Source: Nitrospinota bacterium
Lineage (GTDB): Bacteria; UBA8248
Direction: 5' to 3'
DNA length: 64,000 nt
Assembly (NCBI GenBank): GCA_036231405.1
Contig: JAZAHK010000006.1
Coordinates: 30,628 to 94,627 of the forward strand
In this document: positions 19,767 to 31,026 of the stretch, piece by piece
How positions within the stretch are numbered: position 1 is the stretch's first letter
Layout of the letters: every line of letters begins with the position of its first letter
Translations under genes and position numbers: made by a program
The notes under the pieces: model-generated
What the model saw: the letters and a program-made list of their open reading frames with translations, nothing else
What the model was told of the DNA's origin: nothing
Databases searched by the model: none

Positions 19767-21272
19767 TTAAATCAGACTTGAGGCGGATATTTTTGTAATA
19801 TTAATGAAACTGTCTGGGAAAATACCTAAAAATAGAGTAAATGCTAATAAAATCAACAAGGTACAAAGTAGAGAGGAAGCACGGGAAAACTGAAATGGGA
19901 TATCAGGTTCCTTTGCAGGTTCCATGAACATTACCATAATAACACGTCCATAATAGTACATAGAAATTGCACTTGTAAGAATTCCGATAACTGCCAACCA
20001 ATAAAATTCATTTTGAATTGCAGCGGCAAACAAATATAATTTCCCTACAAAACCTGCAGTTGGAGGTATCCCTGCTAAAGAAAGAAGAAACACCACGAAA
20101 CACATTCCAAACCAAGGATGAGATTGACCTAGTCCACGCCAATCTTCTATCTGATCACCTCTGTTCTTTTCCTGACACATCCAAATTAACATCCCAAAAG
20201 CGCCTAAATTAGTAAAAAGATATACACCCAGATAAAATAAAACTGCACTTACGTTAAAATCACTAAATACATATTTCCCGTTACTGATTGAGAAACAAGA
20301 GACAAAACCCATCAAAATATAACCCGCATGACTCATACTAGAATACGCTAACATACGTTTTAGACTCTTTTGAGCGATTGCGGCAACATTACCCCATATC
20401 ATTGTTGCTGCCGTTAAAATCCAAAAAAGCACACTCCACCTTGGACTCATAGAAGGTAAGACTATAATAAAAAGACGGACCATAACTGCAACTGCCGCTG
20501 CTTTCACTGCAACAGACATAAAACCAGTTACTGATGTTGGAGCTCCTGTATATGCATCAGGTAACCACATATGAAAAGGAGCAAGGGCCATTTTAAACGC
20601 AAAACCACCTACTAAAAGGATAACGGATAAAATTAAAATTGGCTGAGAAACAACCGAATTCACATTAGAGTTAGATAAAAACTTTGCAATAGTTGTAAAC
20701 GATGTGGACCCTGTATAACCGTAGAGCAATGCTATACCGTACAACAATATTCCAGACGCAAAAGCTCCCATTAAAAAATATTTCAACCCTGCTTCTCTAC
20801 TCAAAACGTCATTTCTCATAAACGCCACTAAAACATAAATACTGATACTCATAGTCTCAATGCCAAGATACAAGGTCATCAGGTCATTAGCTGAAACTAA
20901 AACCAGCATCCCAAAAACAGAAAATAAGAGCATAGAATAGAATTCACCGAAATTAATTTTTTCAACTTTAAGATATTCAATCGACATCAAAACTGTTAGA
21001 GCAGCACAAACTAAAATAGTAGATTTCAAGAAAACACTAAAATTATCAACTATATAAAAATCACTAAAAGTAGATTTTGGTCCAACATCCCACTGAGAAA
21101 GAGTGAAATAAAGAACAACAACTATTCCTATGAAGCTAACAGAACCAACGAGAGACTTTTTTTCCAATGACACAAACAAATCAAAAATAAGAACAATGCC
21201 TATCAAAATCGCAAGGCTAATTTCTGGAGCTGCTAACGAGAATAATATTTCCGGGATAACAACCTGCTGCAT
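19767..21272 (-). CDS. nuoN: Complex I subunit N (copy 2)
   Basis: EAGLKYF, FKMALAPFHMWLPDAY, KRMLAYSS and GIPPTAGF. Confidence 0.95.
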   Translation of the reverse strand: MQQVVIPEILFSLAAPEISLAILIGIVLIFDLFVSLEKKSLVGSVSFIGIVVVLYFTLSQWDVGPKSTFSDFYIVDNFSVFLKSTILVCAALTVLMSIEYLKVEKINFGEFYSMLLFSVFGMLVLVSANDLMTLYLGIETMSISIYVLVAFMRNDVLSREAGLKYFLMGAFASGILLYGIALLYGYTGSTSFTTIAKFLSNSNVNSVVSQPILILSVILLVGGFAFKMALAPFHMWLPDAYTGAPTSVTGFMSVAVKAAAVAVMVRLFIIVLPSMSPRWSVLFWILTAATMIWGNVAAIAQKSLKRMLAYSSMSHAGYILMGFVSCFSISNGKYVFSDFNVSAVLFYLGVYLFTNLGAFGMLIWMCQEKNRGDQIEDWRGLGQSHPWFGMCFVVFLLSLAGIPPTAGFVGKLYLFAAAIQNEFYWLAVIGILTSAISMYYYGRVIMVMFMEPAKEPDIPFQFSRASSLLCTLLILLAFTLFLGIFPDSFINITKISASSLI

Positions 21273-21308
21273 AAGATTTAGAACTCCTATATACTAAAAA
21301 ATCTAACC

Positions 21309-22868
21309 CTAGTTTCTAACTGAAACCTTTGAAATACGATCTTTTATAATTGCAACTTTCTTATTGCTTTCATTTTGGTTCACTATTTTCACAACTCTTT
21401 TAAGACTAGCTTCCATTTTATTTATAAATGGTTTTGGATAGAGACCAATCCAGAACATTAATATAACCAAAGGAGCTAGATAAAGAATTTCTCTGAAATT
21501 GCAGTCTGGGAGATTTTCGTTTTTTGGATTATCCAATGTACCAAAAAAGATCCTTTGGAATAACCACAACATATAAGCTGCACCAAGAACAATCCCAATT
21601 ACAGCAAATGCTGCGTAAATATAGCTTTTTTTGAATGCTCCTATAAGAATCAAGAACTCACCCACAAATCCATTTAAACCCGGAAGACCTATACTACTTA
21701 ACATCGTTATCGCAAAAATCACTGTAAAAATCGGCATTTGCTTTGAGAGTCCACCGTATTCAGTAATTAAGCGTGTATGTCTTCGCTCATAAACAACTCC
21801 AACTAATAGGAAGAGCGCACCTGTACTGATACCGTGGTTAATCATTTGCAATTGCGCACCAATTAGTCCCTGTTCATTTAATGCGAATACGCCCAACATT
21901 ACAAAACCAAGGTGACTGACCGAAGAGTAAGCTACAAGCTTTTTAATATCAGTTTGGGCCATCGCGACCAATGCCCCATATATAATTCCTATGATCGAAA
22001 GAAGTACCATAAAGGGAACAAAAAGTTGCGTCGCTTCTGGAAGAAGTGGCAAGACAAATCGAACAAAACCATAGGTTCCCATTTTCAAAAGAATCCCAGC
22101 TAGAATTACACTACCTGCAGTTGGTGCTTCTACATGCGCGTCGGGAAGCCACGTATGAAAAGGAAACATTGGAACTTTGATGGCAAATCCAATAAAAAAA
22201 GCAAGAAATATCCATACTTGCAAACTTAATGGGATCTTTGGTCCCACAACATACAATTCTGTCAGACTGAAAGTCAGAGAACCAGTTCCTGATTTCATAT
22301 TGAAGAAATACAAAGCAAGAATTCCAAGAAGCATTAAAACGCTTCCAAAGAGCGTGTAAAGAAAGAATTTTATAGCAGCATAAAGTTTCCTCGTTCCACC
22401 CCAGATACCAATTAAAAAATACATTGGAACCAATGTTACTTCAAAAAAGACATAAAATAGGAATATATCAATCGCCAAGAATGTTCCGAGCATTCCCGTA
22501 CCGAGTAAAAGCAAACAAATGTAATATTCTTTTTCACGTTCTTTAATTGCAGTAAAAGAACAAACAATGGAAATTAACATGGTTAATGTTGTTAAAAGAA
22601 TCAAAAGGACACTGATTCCATCTACTCCTAGGTAGTAGCTAACCCCTATAGAAGGGATCCAACTTGCCTTTTCAACAAACTGAAACCCTGCTTCAGAATC
22701 ATTGAAATTTGTCCATAAAGGAAGAGATATAAGAAAATCGAGAAATGCAACACCAGTAGCAAACATCTTGATTGTTTTCACCTGCTCCTTCTTTATAAAG
22801 AGCATCATGATAATTGCTCCCAATAAAGGAACAAATATTATCAGTGAAAGAAGTGGAAGATTATTCAT
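21309..22868 (-). CDS. nuoM: Complex I subunit M (copy 2)
   Basis: KVPMFPFHTWLPDAHVEAPTAGS and KKLVAYSSVSH. Confidence 0.95.
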   Translation of the reverse strand: MNNLPLLSLIIFVPLLGAIIMMLFIKKEQVKTIKMFATGVAFLDFLISLPLWTNFNDSEAGFQFVEKASWIPSIGVSYYLGVDGISVLLILLTTLTMLISIVCSFTAIKEREKEYYICLLLLGTGMLGTFLAIDIFLFYVFFEVTLVPMYFLIGIWGGTRKLYAAIKFFLYTLFGSVLMLLGILALYFFNMKSGTGSLTFSLTELYVVGPKIPLSLQVWIFLAFFIGFAIKVPMFPFHTWLPDAHVEAPTAGSVILAGILLKMGTYGFVRFVLPLLPEATQLFVPFMVLLSIIGIIYGALVAMAQTDIKKLVAYSSVSHLGFVMLGVFALNEQGLIGAQLQMINHGISTGALFLLVGVVYERRHTRLITEYGGLSKQMPIFTVIFAITMLSSIGLPGLNGFVGEFLILIGAFKKSYIYAAFAVIGIVLGAAYMLWLFQRIFFGTLDNPKNENLPDCNFREILYLAPLVILMFWIGLYPKPFINKMEASLKRVVKIVNQNESNKKVAIIKDRISKVSVRN

Positions 22869-22892
22869 AATATCTTAGACCCCCAAAACCTA

Positions 22893-24950
22893 CTATTGTA
22901 AAAGATAAGCACTTAACATTAAGAAAACACCTAAAAGCATTGCAAGCAAATAATTCTGAACCATTCCAGATTGTAAAAACTTAAAGACTTGACTAAAGAA
23001 ACGAACAAAGTTTGCAACTCCATTTACTGCTCCATCAACTGTACGTAAATCAAAAAAGGAAGAAACACGGCTTGTTAAAACTGTTACGAGAGTACTACCA
23101 TTAACTGCTCCATCAACAACTTTTGCATCAAAATTCCATAGAAACTTCATTAAACGATAAATTGGTTCAACAATATATCTCTGATACAACTCATCTACAT
23201 AATACTTATTAAGTAAAATTTTATATAAACCTGGGAATTTTTGTTGTATCTGATCTGGTATATTAGATTTTTTGCCATACATGCTCCAAGCAAGAATAAT
23301 ACCTCCAACAGCAATAACTATAGCAAGGACAATTAGGTATATAGCCTCAGGTCCGTGATGACCACCGGAATCTGCCGAGGCTGCATGTGCTGAAGAAATT
23401 AAATTGAATGAAGAATGATGTGTGACTTGAGATACTTTAGCGAGAGAAGGAGCAAGAAAATCATGAATCCAACCTTTTTCCGGTGGAAATCCAGGAATGA
23501 TTCCTCCAAATACACTAAGAACAGCGAGTAAAATTAGAGGAGTAGTCATTGAAAACGGTGATTCATGAATATGTTCTCTGGCATGAGGATCAACTCTCAT
23601 CTCTCCATGAAAAGTCATAAAAATTAGTCTAAACATATAAAAAGCGGTCATTAAAGCTGCTATAGAACCAACGGCCCATACAAACGTATGTCCCGAGAAA
23701 AAAGCATTCGCTAGAATTTCATCTTTACTCCAAAATCCTGCAAAAGGTGGGACCCCTGCTATCGCAATTGCACCAATAAGAAAGGTCCAATATGTTACCG
23801 GCATCTTAGACTTTAGACCTCCCATATATCTCATGTCTTGCTGTTGTTCTACGGGGGCATGATGCAAAGCATGAATTACACTACCACTTCCAAGAAACAA
23901 AAGACCTTTAAAAAATGCGTGAGTCATCAGGTGAAAAACACCTGCAGTAAACGCTCCAACTCCAAGAGCCATAAACATAAAACCTAGTTGACTAACGGTA
24001 CTATAAGCGAGCACTCGTTTGATATCGTTTTGGACTAGACCAATAGATGCAGCAAAGATTGCAGTAAGGGCTCCTACAACAGCGATCACTTCCATCGCCA
24101 AAGCCGCTTCAACGTAAATAGGACTTGTTCTGGCAACCATATAAACACCAGCTGTAACCATCGTAGCAGCATGTATTAACGCACTAACTGGGGTAGGACC
24201 TTCCATTGCATCAGGTAACCAGACATAAAGGGGAATTTGAGCACTTTTTCCTATCGCACCGATGAAAAGTAAAAGTCCAATAATAGAAGCATACGTAGTT
24301 TCAATACCTAAAACGTTTATGGTCACGGCAAATTTAGAGGTGACTTGGGATACTTCTTGATAAGTTAAAGTGTCGGCAATCACCCAAATTAAAAACATTC
24401 CCAACAAAAATCCTGCATCCCCAATTCTATTAACAATGAATGCTTTTTTACCTGCATCTGAAGCAGATTTTTTCTCATACCAAAATCCAATAAGTAAATA
24501 ACTACATAAACCAACACCTTCCCACCCAACAAACATTACTAGGTAGTTATCACCGAGAACGAGTAGGAACATAGAAAGCATAAATAAGTTTAGATAAGTA
24601 AAAAATCTAGGAAACCCTGGATCACCATGCATATAACCAATTGAATAAAGATGGACTAAAAAGCCAACTCCGGAAACTACCAAAAGCATAATCGTACTTA
24701 AAGGATCGATCAGAAAACTTAGTGAAACACTAAAACTACCCGCATGGATCCATTCCCAAAGATGAATAGTATGCTTTCCACCTGCACCAAAAATCATTTC
24801 ATTTGCAATCAAAAGCACAACTAATAACGACAACCCTGCCATCAGAGTCGCTATAAAGCCAGATTTCTCCCCTAAACGTTTCCCCAAAAATCCATTAATC
24901 AGAACACCTACAACAGGAAATAAAGGAATTAACCATGCATATGAAATCAT
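22893..24950 (-). CDS. nuoL: Complex I subunit L (copy 2)
   Basis: GKSAQIPLYVWLPDAMEGPTPVSALIHAATMV and NKYYVDE. Confidence 0.95.
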   Translation of the reverse strand: MISYAWLIPLFPVVGVLINGFLGKRLGEKSGFIATLMAGLSLLVVLLIANEMIFGAGGKHTIHLWEWIHAGSFSVSLSFLIDPLSTIMLLVVSGVGFLVHLYSIGYMHGDPGFPRFFTYLNLFMLSMFLLVLGDNYLVMFVGWEGVGLCSYLLIGFWYEKKSASDAGKKAFIVNRIGDAGFLLGMFLIWVIADTLTYQEVSQVTSKFAVTINVLGIETTYASIIGLLLFIGAIGKSAQIPLYVWLPDAMEGPTPVSALIHAATMVTAGVYMVARTSPIYVEAALAMEVIAVVGALTAIFAASIGLVQNDIKRVLAYSTVSQLGFMFMALGVGAFTAGVFHLMTHAFFKGLLFLGSGSVIHALHHAPVEQQQDMRYMGGLKSKMPVTYWTFLIGAIAIAGVPPFAGFWSKDEILANAFFSGHTFVWAVGSIAALMTAFYMFRLIFMTFHGEMRVDPHAREHIHESPFSMTTPLILLAVLSVFGGIIPGFPPEKGWIHDFLAPSLAKVSQVTHHSSFNLISSAHAASADSGGHHGPEAIYLIVLAIVIAVGGIILAWSMYGKKSNIPDQIQQKFPGLYKILLNKYYVDELYQRYIVEPIYRLMKFLWNFDAKVVDGAVNGSTLVTVLTSRVSSFFDLRTVDGAVNGVANFVRFFSQVFKFLQSGMVQNYLLAMLLGVFLMLSAYLLQ

Positions 24951-24960
24951 TTCTAATTAC

Positions 24961-25266
24961 CTACCATTTTAAAAGATTTACTTCATCAACATTCATTACA
25001 GTTTTATCGCGATTCAACGAAATCAAAATTGCTAATCCGACAGCAGCTTCACAGGCTGCAACTGCAATCACAAAAATCGCAAAAACTTGTCCAGACAAAT
25101 CTGCCCACTGTCTAGAAAAACCGATTAAAGTAACATTCACTGCATTTAACATAAGTTCTATAGATAAGAGAATGATAATTACGTTTCTTCTCATTAGGAC
25201 ACCAGCCGCACCAATGAGAAAAAGAACAGCCCCAAGAGTTAAAAAATGAGAAAGAGGTATCATCAA
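24961..25266 (-). CDS. nuoK: Complex I subunit K (copy 2)
   Basis: SIELMLN, AACEAAVGLA and NLLKW. Confidence 0.95.
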   Translation of the reverse strand: MMIPLSHFLTLGAVLFLIGAAGVLMRRNVIIILLSIELMLNAVNVTLIGFSRQWADLSGQVFAIFVIAVAACEAAVGLAILISLNRDKTVMNVDEVNLLKW

Positions 25267-25272
25267 AATCTC

Positions 25273-25782
25273 CTATGAATCTATTTTTTTCTTAGCAAGC
25301 ACAATTGCACCAATCATGGAAGCCAACAAAAGAATAGAAACAACTTCAAAAGGAAAAACAAATTTTGTATATAGAACACTTCCTAAAGCTTCTACATTTC
25401 CGGGCGTTGCCCCCAATTTCCAGGGCCAAACTTTCATTTTCGGAAAAACTCCCTTGCCAAGAACAGACCAGATTTCAAAACCTAGTACTAATAAAATTAA
25501 AATTGCAAAAAAACGTTGTCTATGCCATTGGCGGATTCTGACGGCAACCTGAACATTCATCAACATAATCGAAAACAGGTACAGAACCATAATACCGCCC
25601 GAATAAATAAGAACCTGAACCGCGGCGAGGAATTCAGCTCCAGCTAAGACAAAAAGTCCTGCCAGGAAGAAAAATGTCAAAACTAATAGAAGAGCTGCAT
25701 GAATTACATTAGACCTTGTAATCATGAACAAAGATGTAATCACTATACCTGCAGAAAAAAGATAGAAAAATGGCAGTTCCAA
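25273..25782 (-). CDS. nuoJ: Complex I subunit J (copy 2)
   Basis: AEFLAAVQVLIYSGGIMVL and FPFEVVS. Confidence 0.93.
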   Translation of the reverse strand: MELPFFYLFSAGIVITSLFMITRSNVIHAALLLVLTFFFLAGLFVLAGAEFLAAVQVLIYSGGIMVLYLFSIMLMNVQVAVRIRQWHRQRFFAILILLVLGFEIWSVLGKGVFPKMKVWPWKLGATPGNVEALGSVLYTKFVFPFEVVSILLLASMIGAIVLAKKKIDS

Positions 25783-25798
25783 ATGTAACTCCTAAAAC

Positions 25799-26770
25799 TT
25801 ATAAGAAAAGATACTTAATCAAGCCAGTCAGAAAAATATTAATGAGTACAAGAGGAAACATGAACTTCCATCCAATACGCATCAATTGATCATATCGATA
25901 TCTAGGCAATGTAGCTCTAAGCCAAATAAAAACAAAAATCATAGTGGCTAGCTTTAGCACAAACCATACAAAACCAGGTAAAGGAATTCCAGGTATTCCC
26001 ATCCAACCGCCAAAAAACAGCGTAATTCCAACAGTTGAAACAACCATAATATTTGCATACTCAGCTAGAAAGAAAAACGCAAATTTCATGCCACTGTATT
26101 CTGTATGAAAACCAGCAACCAATTCTGTCTCTGCTTCAGGCAGATCAAAAGGGACACGATTAGTCTCTGCCAAAGCGGCAATAAAAAACACTATAAAGGC
26201 TAATGGTTGGTAAAATACAAACCAACCACCAGATTGTGCTTCAACAATTTTTTGCATATTTAATGAACCTGCGAGCATCAGAGGACCAATTAGAGCAAAT
26301 CCAAGAAAAATTTCATAACTTAACATCTGTGCCGCACTTCTTAGAGCTCCTAATAAGCTATACTTACTATTGGAAGCCCAACCCGCCATAACAATACCGA
26401 ACACACCGAGAGAACTGATAGCTAAAATCAAAAATAAACCAATATTAACTTGGGTAATATAAAAATTTTCACTAAAGGGCAAAACTGAATATACTACAAA
26501 GGCAGGAACCAAAACCATTATAGGGGCTAAGATGAATACAATTTTATCTGATTTTGCCGGAATAATATCTTCTTTTAAAAAAAGCTTAAGTCCATCCGCA
26601 ATCGGCTGCAAAAGACCATGCCATCCTACCCGCATGGGTCCCAATCGCATTTGAATGTGAGCGATAATTTTTCTCTCTAAATAAGTTAAATAAGCAACCA
26701 CGAGAGAAACAACCGCAAGGACTACTGCTATTTTAATAAACGCAATTAAGGCTTCTGTTACAATATCCAA
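25799..26770 (-). CDS. nuoH: Complex I subunit H (copy 2)
   Basis: RLGPMRVG…[20 protein letters not shown] and PRYRYDQLM. Confidence 0.95.
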   Translation of the reverse strand: MDIVTEALIAFIKIAVVLAVVSLVVAYLTYLERKIIAHIQMRLGPMRVGWHGLLQPIADGLKLFLKEDIIPAKSDKIVFILAPIMVLVPAFVVYSVLPFSENFYITQVNIGLFLILAISSLGVFGIVMAGWASNSKYSLLGALRSAAQMLSYEIFLGFALIGPLMLAGSLNMQKIVEAQSGGWFVFYQPLAFIVFFIAALAETNRVPFDLPEAETELVAGFHTEYSGMKFAFFFLAEYANIMVVSTVGITLFFGGWMGIPGIPLPGFVWFVLKLATMIFVFIWLRATLPRYRYDQLMRIGWKFMFPLVLINIFLTGLIKYLFL

Positions 26771-26790
26771 TGGAACAACTCCCTTACTGA

Positions 26791-27933
26791 TTATCTGTCA
26801 CATTCTCCAAGTACGATGTCTATGCTTCCAATAATCGCTACAACATCAGCCACGAGTTCTCCCATACATAATTTTTTTAAAGCTGCAAGATTAATAAATG
26901 AAGGAGGCCTAATTCGAACTCGATATGGCGCTTCTGAACCATCACTAACTATATAAAAACCAAATTCTCCCTTGGGATTTTCAATACTATGATAAATCTC
27001 TCCAATTGGTGGCTTAATGGTTCTTGGTGTTTTGCAACTAACAGGACCAACAGGTAATTGGTCTAAACACTGTTGAATAACTTTTACACTTTGTCTTAGT
27101 TCTTCTATTCTAACTATATATCTATCATATATATCTCCGTTCTCACCTGTAGGAACTACAAAATCTAAGAAAGGGTAAGCGGCGTAAGGTTTTGCTCTAC
27201 GTAAATCATAATTTACCCCACTAGCTCTTAAGAGAGGACCAGTTAGTCCAAAATCAACAGCATCTTCTCCAGAGATAATACCAACTCCTCGAGTACGCTG
27301 AATCCAAATACGGTTATTTGTCAAAAGAGTTTCGTAATCTTGAATACGACTTGGAAAAATATCTATAAACTCTTGCGCTAGTGTCAAAAACTTTTCTGGC
27401 ACATCCTGTTCTAGACCACCTAAGCGAAATGCATTGACGGTCAAACGACCCCCGAACGCAGTTTCGAACAAGTCAAGGACCATCTCCCTTTCTCTAAAAC
27501 ACCAGAGGAAAACTGTCATCGCACCAATATCAAGAGCATGAGTCGCTAACCAAAGTAAATGACTTGCGATACGCGAAAATTCAGCAATCATGGAACGAAT
27601 ATAGTTCGCTCTAATCGGAATTTCCCAATCAAAAAATTTCTCGACCGCAGTAACCCAAGCCAAATTATTCGAAGGAGCAGCAATATAATCCAAACGGTCG
27701 GTGTAGGGCATAAACATCGAATAGGTGATATTTTCTCCTATTTTTTCGGTCCCACGGTGAAGGTAACCAATATCACAGTCCAGATCTGTGACCGTTTCAC
27801 CTTCTAAATGCAAAATGACACGAAGAACACCATGAGTACTAGGATGCTGAGGTCCCATATTCACAACAAATTCTTCAGTTCCAGTAACTGTACTTGTTTG
27901 AATTTTTGAATTTGATTCTTCTATTTCATGCAA
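26791..27933 (-). CDS. nuoD: Complex I subunit D (copy 2, short form)
   Basis: [25 protein letters not shown] and DIVLGECDR. Confidence 0.95.
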   Translation of the reverse strand: MHEIEESNSKIQTSTVTGTEEFVVNMGPQHPSTHGVLRVILHLEGETVTDLDCDIGYLHRGTEKIGENITYSMFMPYTDRLDYIAAPSNNLAWVTAVEKFFDWEIPIRANYIRSMIAEFSRIASHLLWLATHALDIGAMTVFLWCFREREMVLDLFETAFGGRLTVNAFRLGGLEQDVPEKFLTLAQEFIDIFPSRIQDYETLLTNNRIWIQRTRGVGIISGEDAVDFGLTGPLLRASGVNYDLRRAKPYAAYPFLDFVVPTGENGDIYDRYIVRIEELRQSVKVIQQCLDQLPVGPVSCKTPRTIKPPIGEIYHSIENPKGEFGFYIVSDGSEAPYRVRIRPPSFINLAALKKLCMGELVADVVAIIGSIDIVLGECDR

Positions 27934-27952
27934 TTACTCAATCCCCTAAAAG

Positions 27953-28546
27953 TTACTCACCTATTTCCTTGCGCTGAGGCTTCTCATAAACCCTTTCCCC
28001 TTTGCCTTCCAATGGATAGTTTTTGAGCATTGGATGACTTTCCCAATCATCGGGCAACAAGATCCTTCTCAAATCAGGATGACCTGAAAAAGAAATTCCA
28101 AAAAGATCAAAAACTTCCCGTTCCATCCAATTAGCACTAGACCAAAGGTTGGATACTGTTGGTAAAGACTGACCTTCTTTCAATTTAACTTTCAAACGTA
28201 CACGACGATTTTTTTCAATACTATACAATTGATAAAGAACTTGAAGAGGTAGATCCTCATCAGGATAATTTACAGCTGTTAGATCAACTAGCATTGTAAA
28301 CTGAAAGATTTCATGATCTTTAAGGAAGAGAGCAACTTCCTCTAAGGAATCTGTTTTTAGAGTAATGCTAAGCTCATCCTCAAAATTATTGAATGCCTCA
28401 GTATCAAGTGAAGAACCTGGAAACTTTCCTTCAAGAACATCAACAATATCTCTGCCAACGTCTTCCTTCGAATCTTCCTCTGGGTTTGAACCTGAAGTTT
28501 CTTCTTCAACCTCTGAATTTTCGCCTTGAACTGACTCGTCTGCCAT
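27953..28546 (-). CDS. nuoC: Complex I subunit C (copy 2) with acidic N-terminal extension
   Basis: ANWMEREVFDLFGI…GHPDLRRILL. Confidence 0.93.
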   Translation of the reverse strand: MADESVQGENSEVEEETSGSNPEEDSKEDVGRDIVDVLEGKFPGSSLDTEAFNNFEDELSITLKTDSLEEVALFLKDHEIFQFTMLVDLTAVNYPDEDLPLQVLYQLYSIEKNRRVRLKVKLKEGQSLPTVSNLWSSANWMEREVFDLFGISFSGHPDLRRILLPDDWESHPMLKNYPLEGKGERVYEKPQRKEIGE

Positions 28547-28575
28547 CTTAATCCTTCAAATTTTATCTCTAAATT

Positions 28576-29052
28576 TTATTTTCGAATAAACTTCTCTTGT
28601 TCAATTTTTTTTTGGAGTTGCATCACTCCCCACATCAAAGATTCAGGTCTTGGTGGACATCCAGGAACGTAAACATCAACGGGGATAATTTCGTCTACAC
28701 CTTGCATGACGGCATAGTTCGGATAAGGACCACCACAAGTTGCGCAATTTCCCATAGCTATAACCCACCTTGGTTCGGGCATTTGATCGTAAACTTTCCT
28801 AATCGCACTACCCATCTTATGGGTTACTGTTCCAGCTACAATGATGACATCAGACTGCCTTGGAGTTGCACGAAAAATCACTCCAAATCTATCGAAATCG
28901 TATCTCGCGGCACCGGAAGCCATCATCTCAATGGCACAACACGCAAGACCAAACGTCATTGGCCATAATGCACTCTTCCTTGCCCAAGCAACGAGACTAT
29001 CTACTTTGGAAGTGATGAAATTATCGTTAAATTTTCCTTCTACTACGCCCAT
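28576..29052 (-). CDS. nuoB: Complex I subunit B (copy 2)
   Basis: [10 protein letters not shown] and [13 protein letters not shown] (N2 cluster ligands). Confidence 0.96.
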   Translation of the reverse strand: MGVVEGKFNDNFITSKVDSLVAWARKSALWPMTFGLACCAIEMMASGAARYDFDRFGVIFRATPRQSDVIIVAGTVTHKMGSAIRKVYDQMPEPRWVIAMGNCATCGGPYPNYAVMQGVDEIIPVDVYVPGCPPRPESLMWGVMQLQKKIEQEKFIRK

Positions 29053-29453
29053 TCAAGAGCTCCTTTTTTCCAAGCATAAAAGTAACCTACCAGCAAAACT
29101 AAAATGAACAACATCATCTCTACAAAACCAAACAATCCTAAGGCATCATACTTTACCGCCCAAGGGAAAAGAAACATAGCTTCTACATCAAAAAGTAAAA
29201 ACAAAATTCCTAATAAGTAAAAGCGTACAGAGAACCTTTCGTTCGCTTCCATTAATGGAGGTGAGCCACATTCATATGCAGATAATTTCTCAGGATCTGG
29301 ATTGTTAGGTCTAATTAACAGGGCAACTAATAGTGTAACGCCAGCAAACGCAAAGGCAAACACCACAAATATAAAAATAGGCAAATAACCGTTAATGAAT
29401 TGATAATCTCTAAAAAATACACTTAGAAATTCTGGCACAACAAAATCTTCCAA
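29043..29453 (-). CDS. nuoA: Complex I subunit A (copy 2)
   Basis: YECG, FDVE and KKGALEW; exact start uncertain. Confidence 0.93.
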   Translation of the reverse strand: MEDFVVPEFLSVFFRDYQFINGYLPIFIFVVFAFAFAGVTLLVALLIRPNNPDPEKLSAYECGSPPLMEANERFSVRFYLLGILFLLFDVEAMFLFPWAVKYDALGLFGFVEMMLFILVLLVGYFYAWKKGALEWA

Positions 29454-29499
29454 AAAAAGTTCGTTTTAAAAAATTCGGAATTATGGTCCACAAAAAAAA

Positions 29500-29528
29500 T
29501 TTATACCACGCTATTCATTGTAAACCAA
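29500..29528 (-). promoter_or_regulatory. Possible internal promoter for the second nuo operon
   Basis: TTGGTT-17 bp-TATAAA with extended -10 TG, in the 85-bp gap between nuoN-1 and nuoA-2. Confidence 0.4.
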
Positions 29529-29538
29529 GCCCAAGCAA

Positions 29539-31026
29539 CTAATTCAATGATATACTTGAATTTAGGGCAAAATCAACAAAGAAAGATGGGAAAATACCCA
29601 TACCCAATGTCCCTACGACACAAATAACTAACGCAATCACAGCATAAGATAATCCAGACCCCCATACAAATCTAAACTGTTCTTTTTTTTCATCTTCGCT
29701 CATGTCCTTCATATACATGACAACAATAATTCTAAAATAATAAAAAACTGAAATCACACTATTCAAAACTGCAATTACAGACAACCAGATAAAACCTGAT
29801 TTGATAGCCGCACTGAAAATGTAAAATTTCGCAACAAACCCACCCGTAGGAGGAATCCCTGCCAAGCCAACCATAAAAATTGCCATAGAAATTGCTAAAC
29901 CAGACCGGTTTAAGCCAAGTCCAGAGAAATCATCTATAAGAATACGTTCACTTCCATCTTCTTTAATAGCAAGCGTTACAACCAAAAATGCTCCTATGTT
30001 CATAAAGGAATAAACAAGAAGATAGAAAAGAAAACTTCCTGTAGAAAGTGGGCCTGCTTGCTTAATTGTAACCAATGCAATTAATAAGTATCCTGCGTGG
30101 GCAATACTAGAATATGCAAGCATCCTCTTAATATTATTTTGCCAGATAGCAATTAGATTTCCTGCCGTCATAGTTAAAGCAGCCATTATCCAAAACATCA
30201 TTTCCAGTTTATTCCCTGAAAAATTTGACGTGGAAATCAAAATACGAAACAGCGCCGCAAATGCAGCTGCCTTTGGACCTACTGACATAAACGCAGTAAC
30301 TACTGTTGGAGAGCCTTGATAGACATCTGGGGTCCACATATAAAATGGGAACGCACCTATTTTGAAGCCTAAACCTACAATGACAAGGCTAAGACCCAAA
30401 AAGAAAACTAATTTTTGAGTAGAAAGTTCATAAAATTTAATTATATCGAAAAGATCTGTAGAACCTGTCGATCCATATATGAGTGCTATTCCAAAAAGTA
30501 AAAAACCAGACGCAAATGAGCCCAATAGAAAGTATTTTAAAGAAGCTTCATTCCCAATAGAACTTGATCGAAAAATACCTGCTAAGACATAAAGTGATAG
30601 CGAAAAGATCTCCAAGGCAATAAAAATCATAACGAGATTTCTAGTTGAAACCATCAACATCATTCCTAAAGTTGCAAACAGAATGAGCCCTAAAAAATCT
30701 CCATAAGAATTTTGTTCAAATCTTCTTTCTACTGAAGACATTAAAACGACAATAAAACTTGAGAAAAGAATTATGACAAAAAGAGACCTCGTAAAACCAT
30801 CAAATAAGTACATTCCACCAAAAGAAATCTCTGAACTTTCACCTTCCGAAAGTAAACAAGAGACCAATGTGAAAAGCAAAACTATTATAGATAGCCAAAA
30901 CGTAGTTTGTCGTTTTTTTTCAGATGTAAAAACATCAAAAAGTAAAACTAAAACAGCACCAAAAGTTAAAATTGGGACAGGAAGAAAACTTTTCCAAAAA
31001 ATTGCTGGGAAAACAAATTCCATCAA
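29539..31026 (-). CDS. nuoN: Complex I subunit N (copy 1)
   Basis: EASLKYFLLG, FKIGAFPFYMWTPDVYQG and KRMLAYSSIAH. Confidence 0.95.
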   Translation of the reverse strand: MMEFVFPAIFWKSFLPVPILTFGAVLVLLFDVFTSEKKRQTTFWLSIIVLLFTLVSCLLSEGESSEISFGGMYLFDGFTRSLFVIILFSSFIVVLMSSVERRFEQNSYGDFLGLILFATLGMMLMVSTRNLVMIFIALEIFSLSLYVLAGIFRSSSIGNEASLKYFLLGSFASGFLLFGIALIYGSTGSTDLFDIIKFYELSTQKLVFFLGLSLVIVGLGFKIGAFPFYMWTPDVYQGSPTVVTAFMSVGPKAAAFAALFRILISTSNFSGNKLEMMFWIMAALTMTAGNLIAIWQNNIKRMLAYSSIAHAGYLLIALVTIKQAGPLSTGSFLFYLLVYSFMNIGAFLVVTLAIKEDGSERILIDDFSGLGLNRSGLAISMAIFMVGLAGIPPTGGFVAKFYIFSAAIKSGFIWLSVIAVLNSVISVFYYFRIIVVMYMKDMSEDEKKEQFRFVWGSGLSYAVIALVICVVGTLGMGIFPSFFVDFALNSSISLN

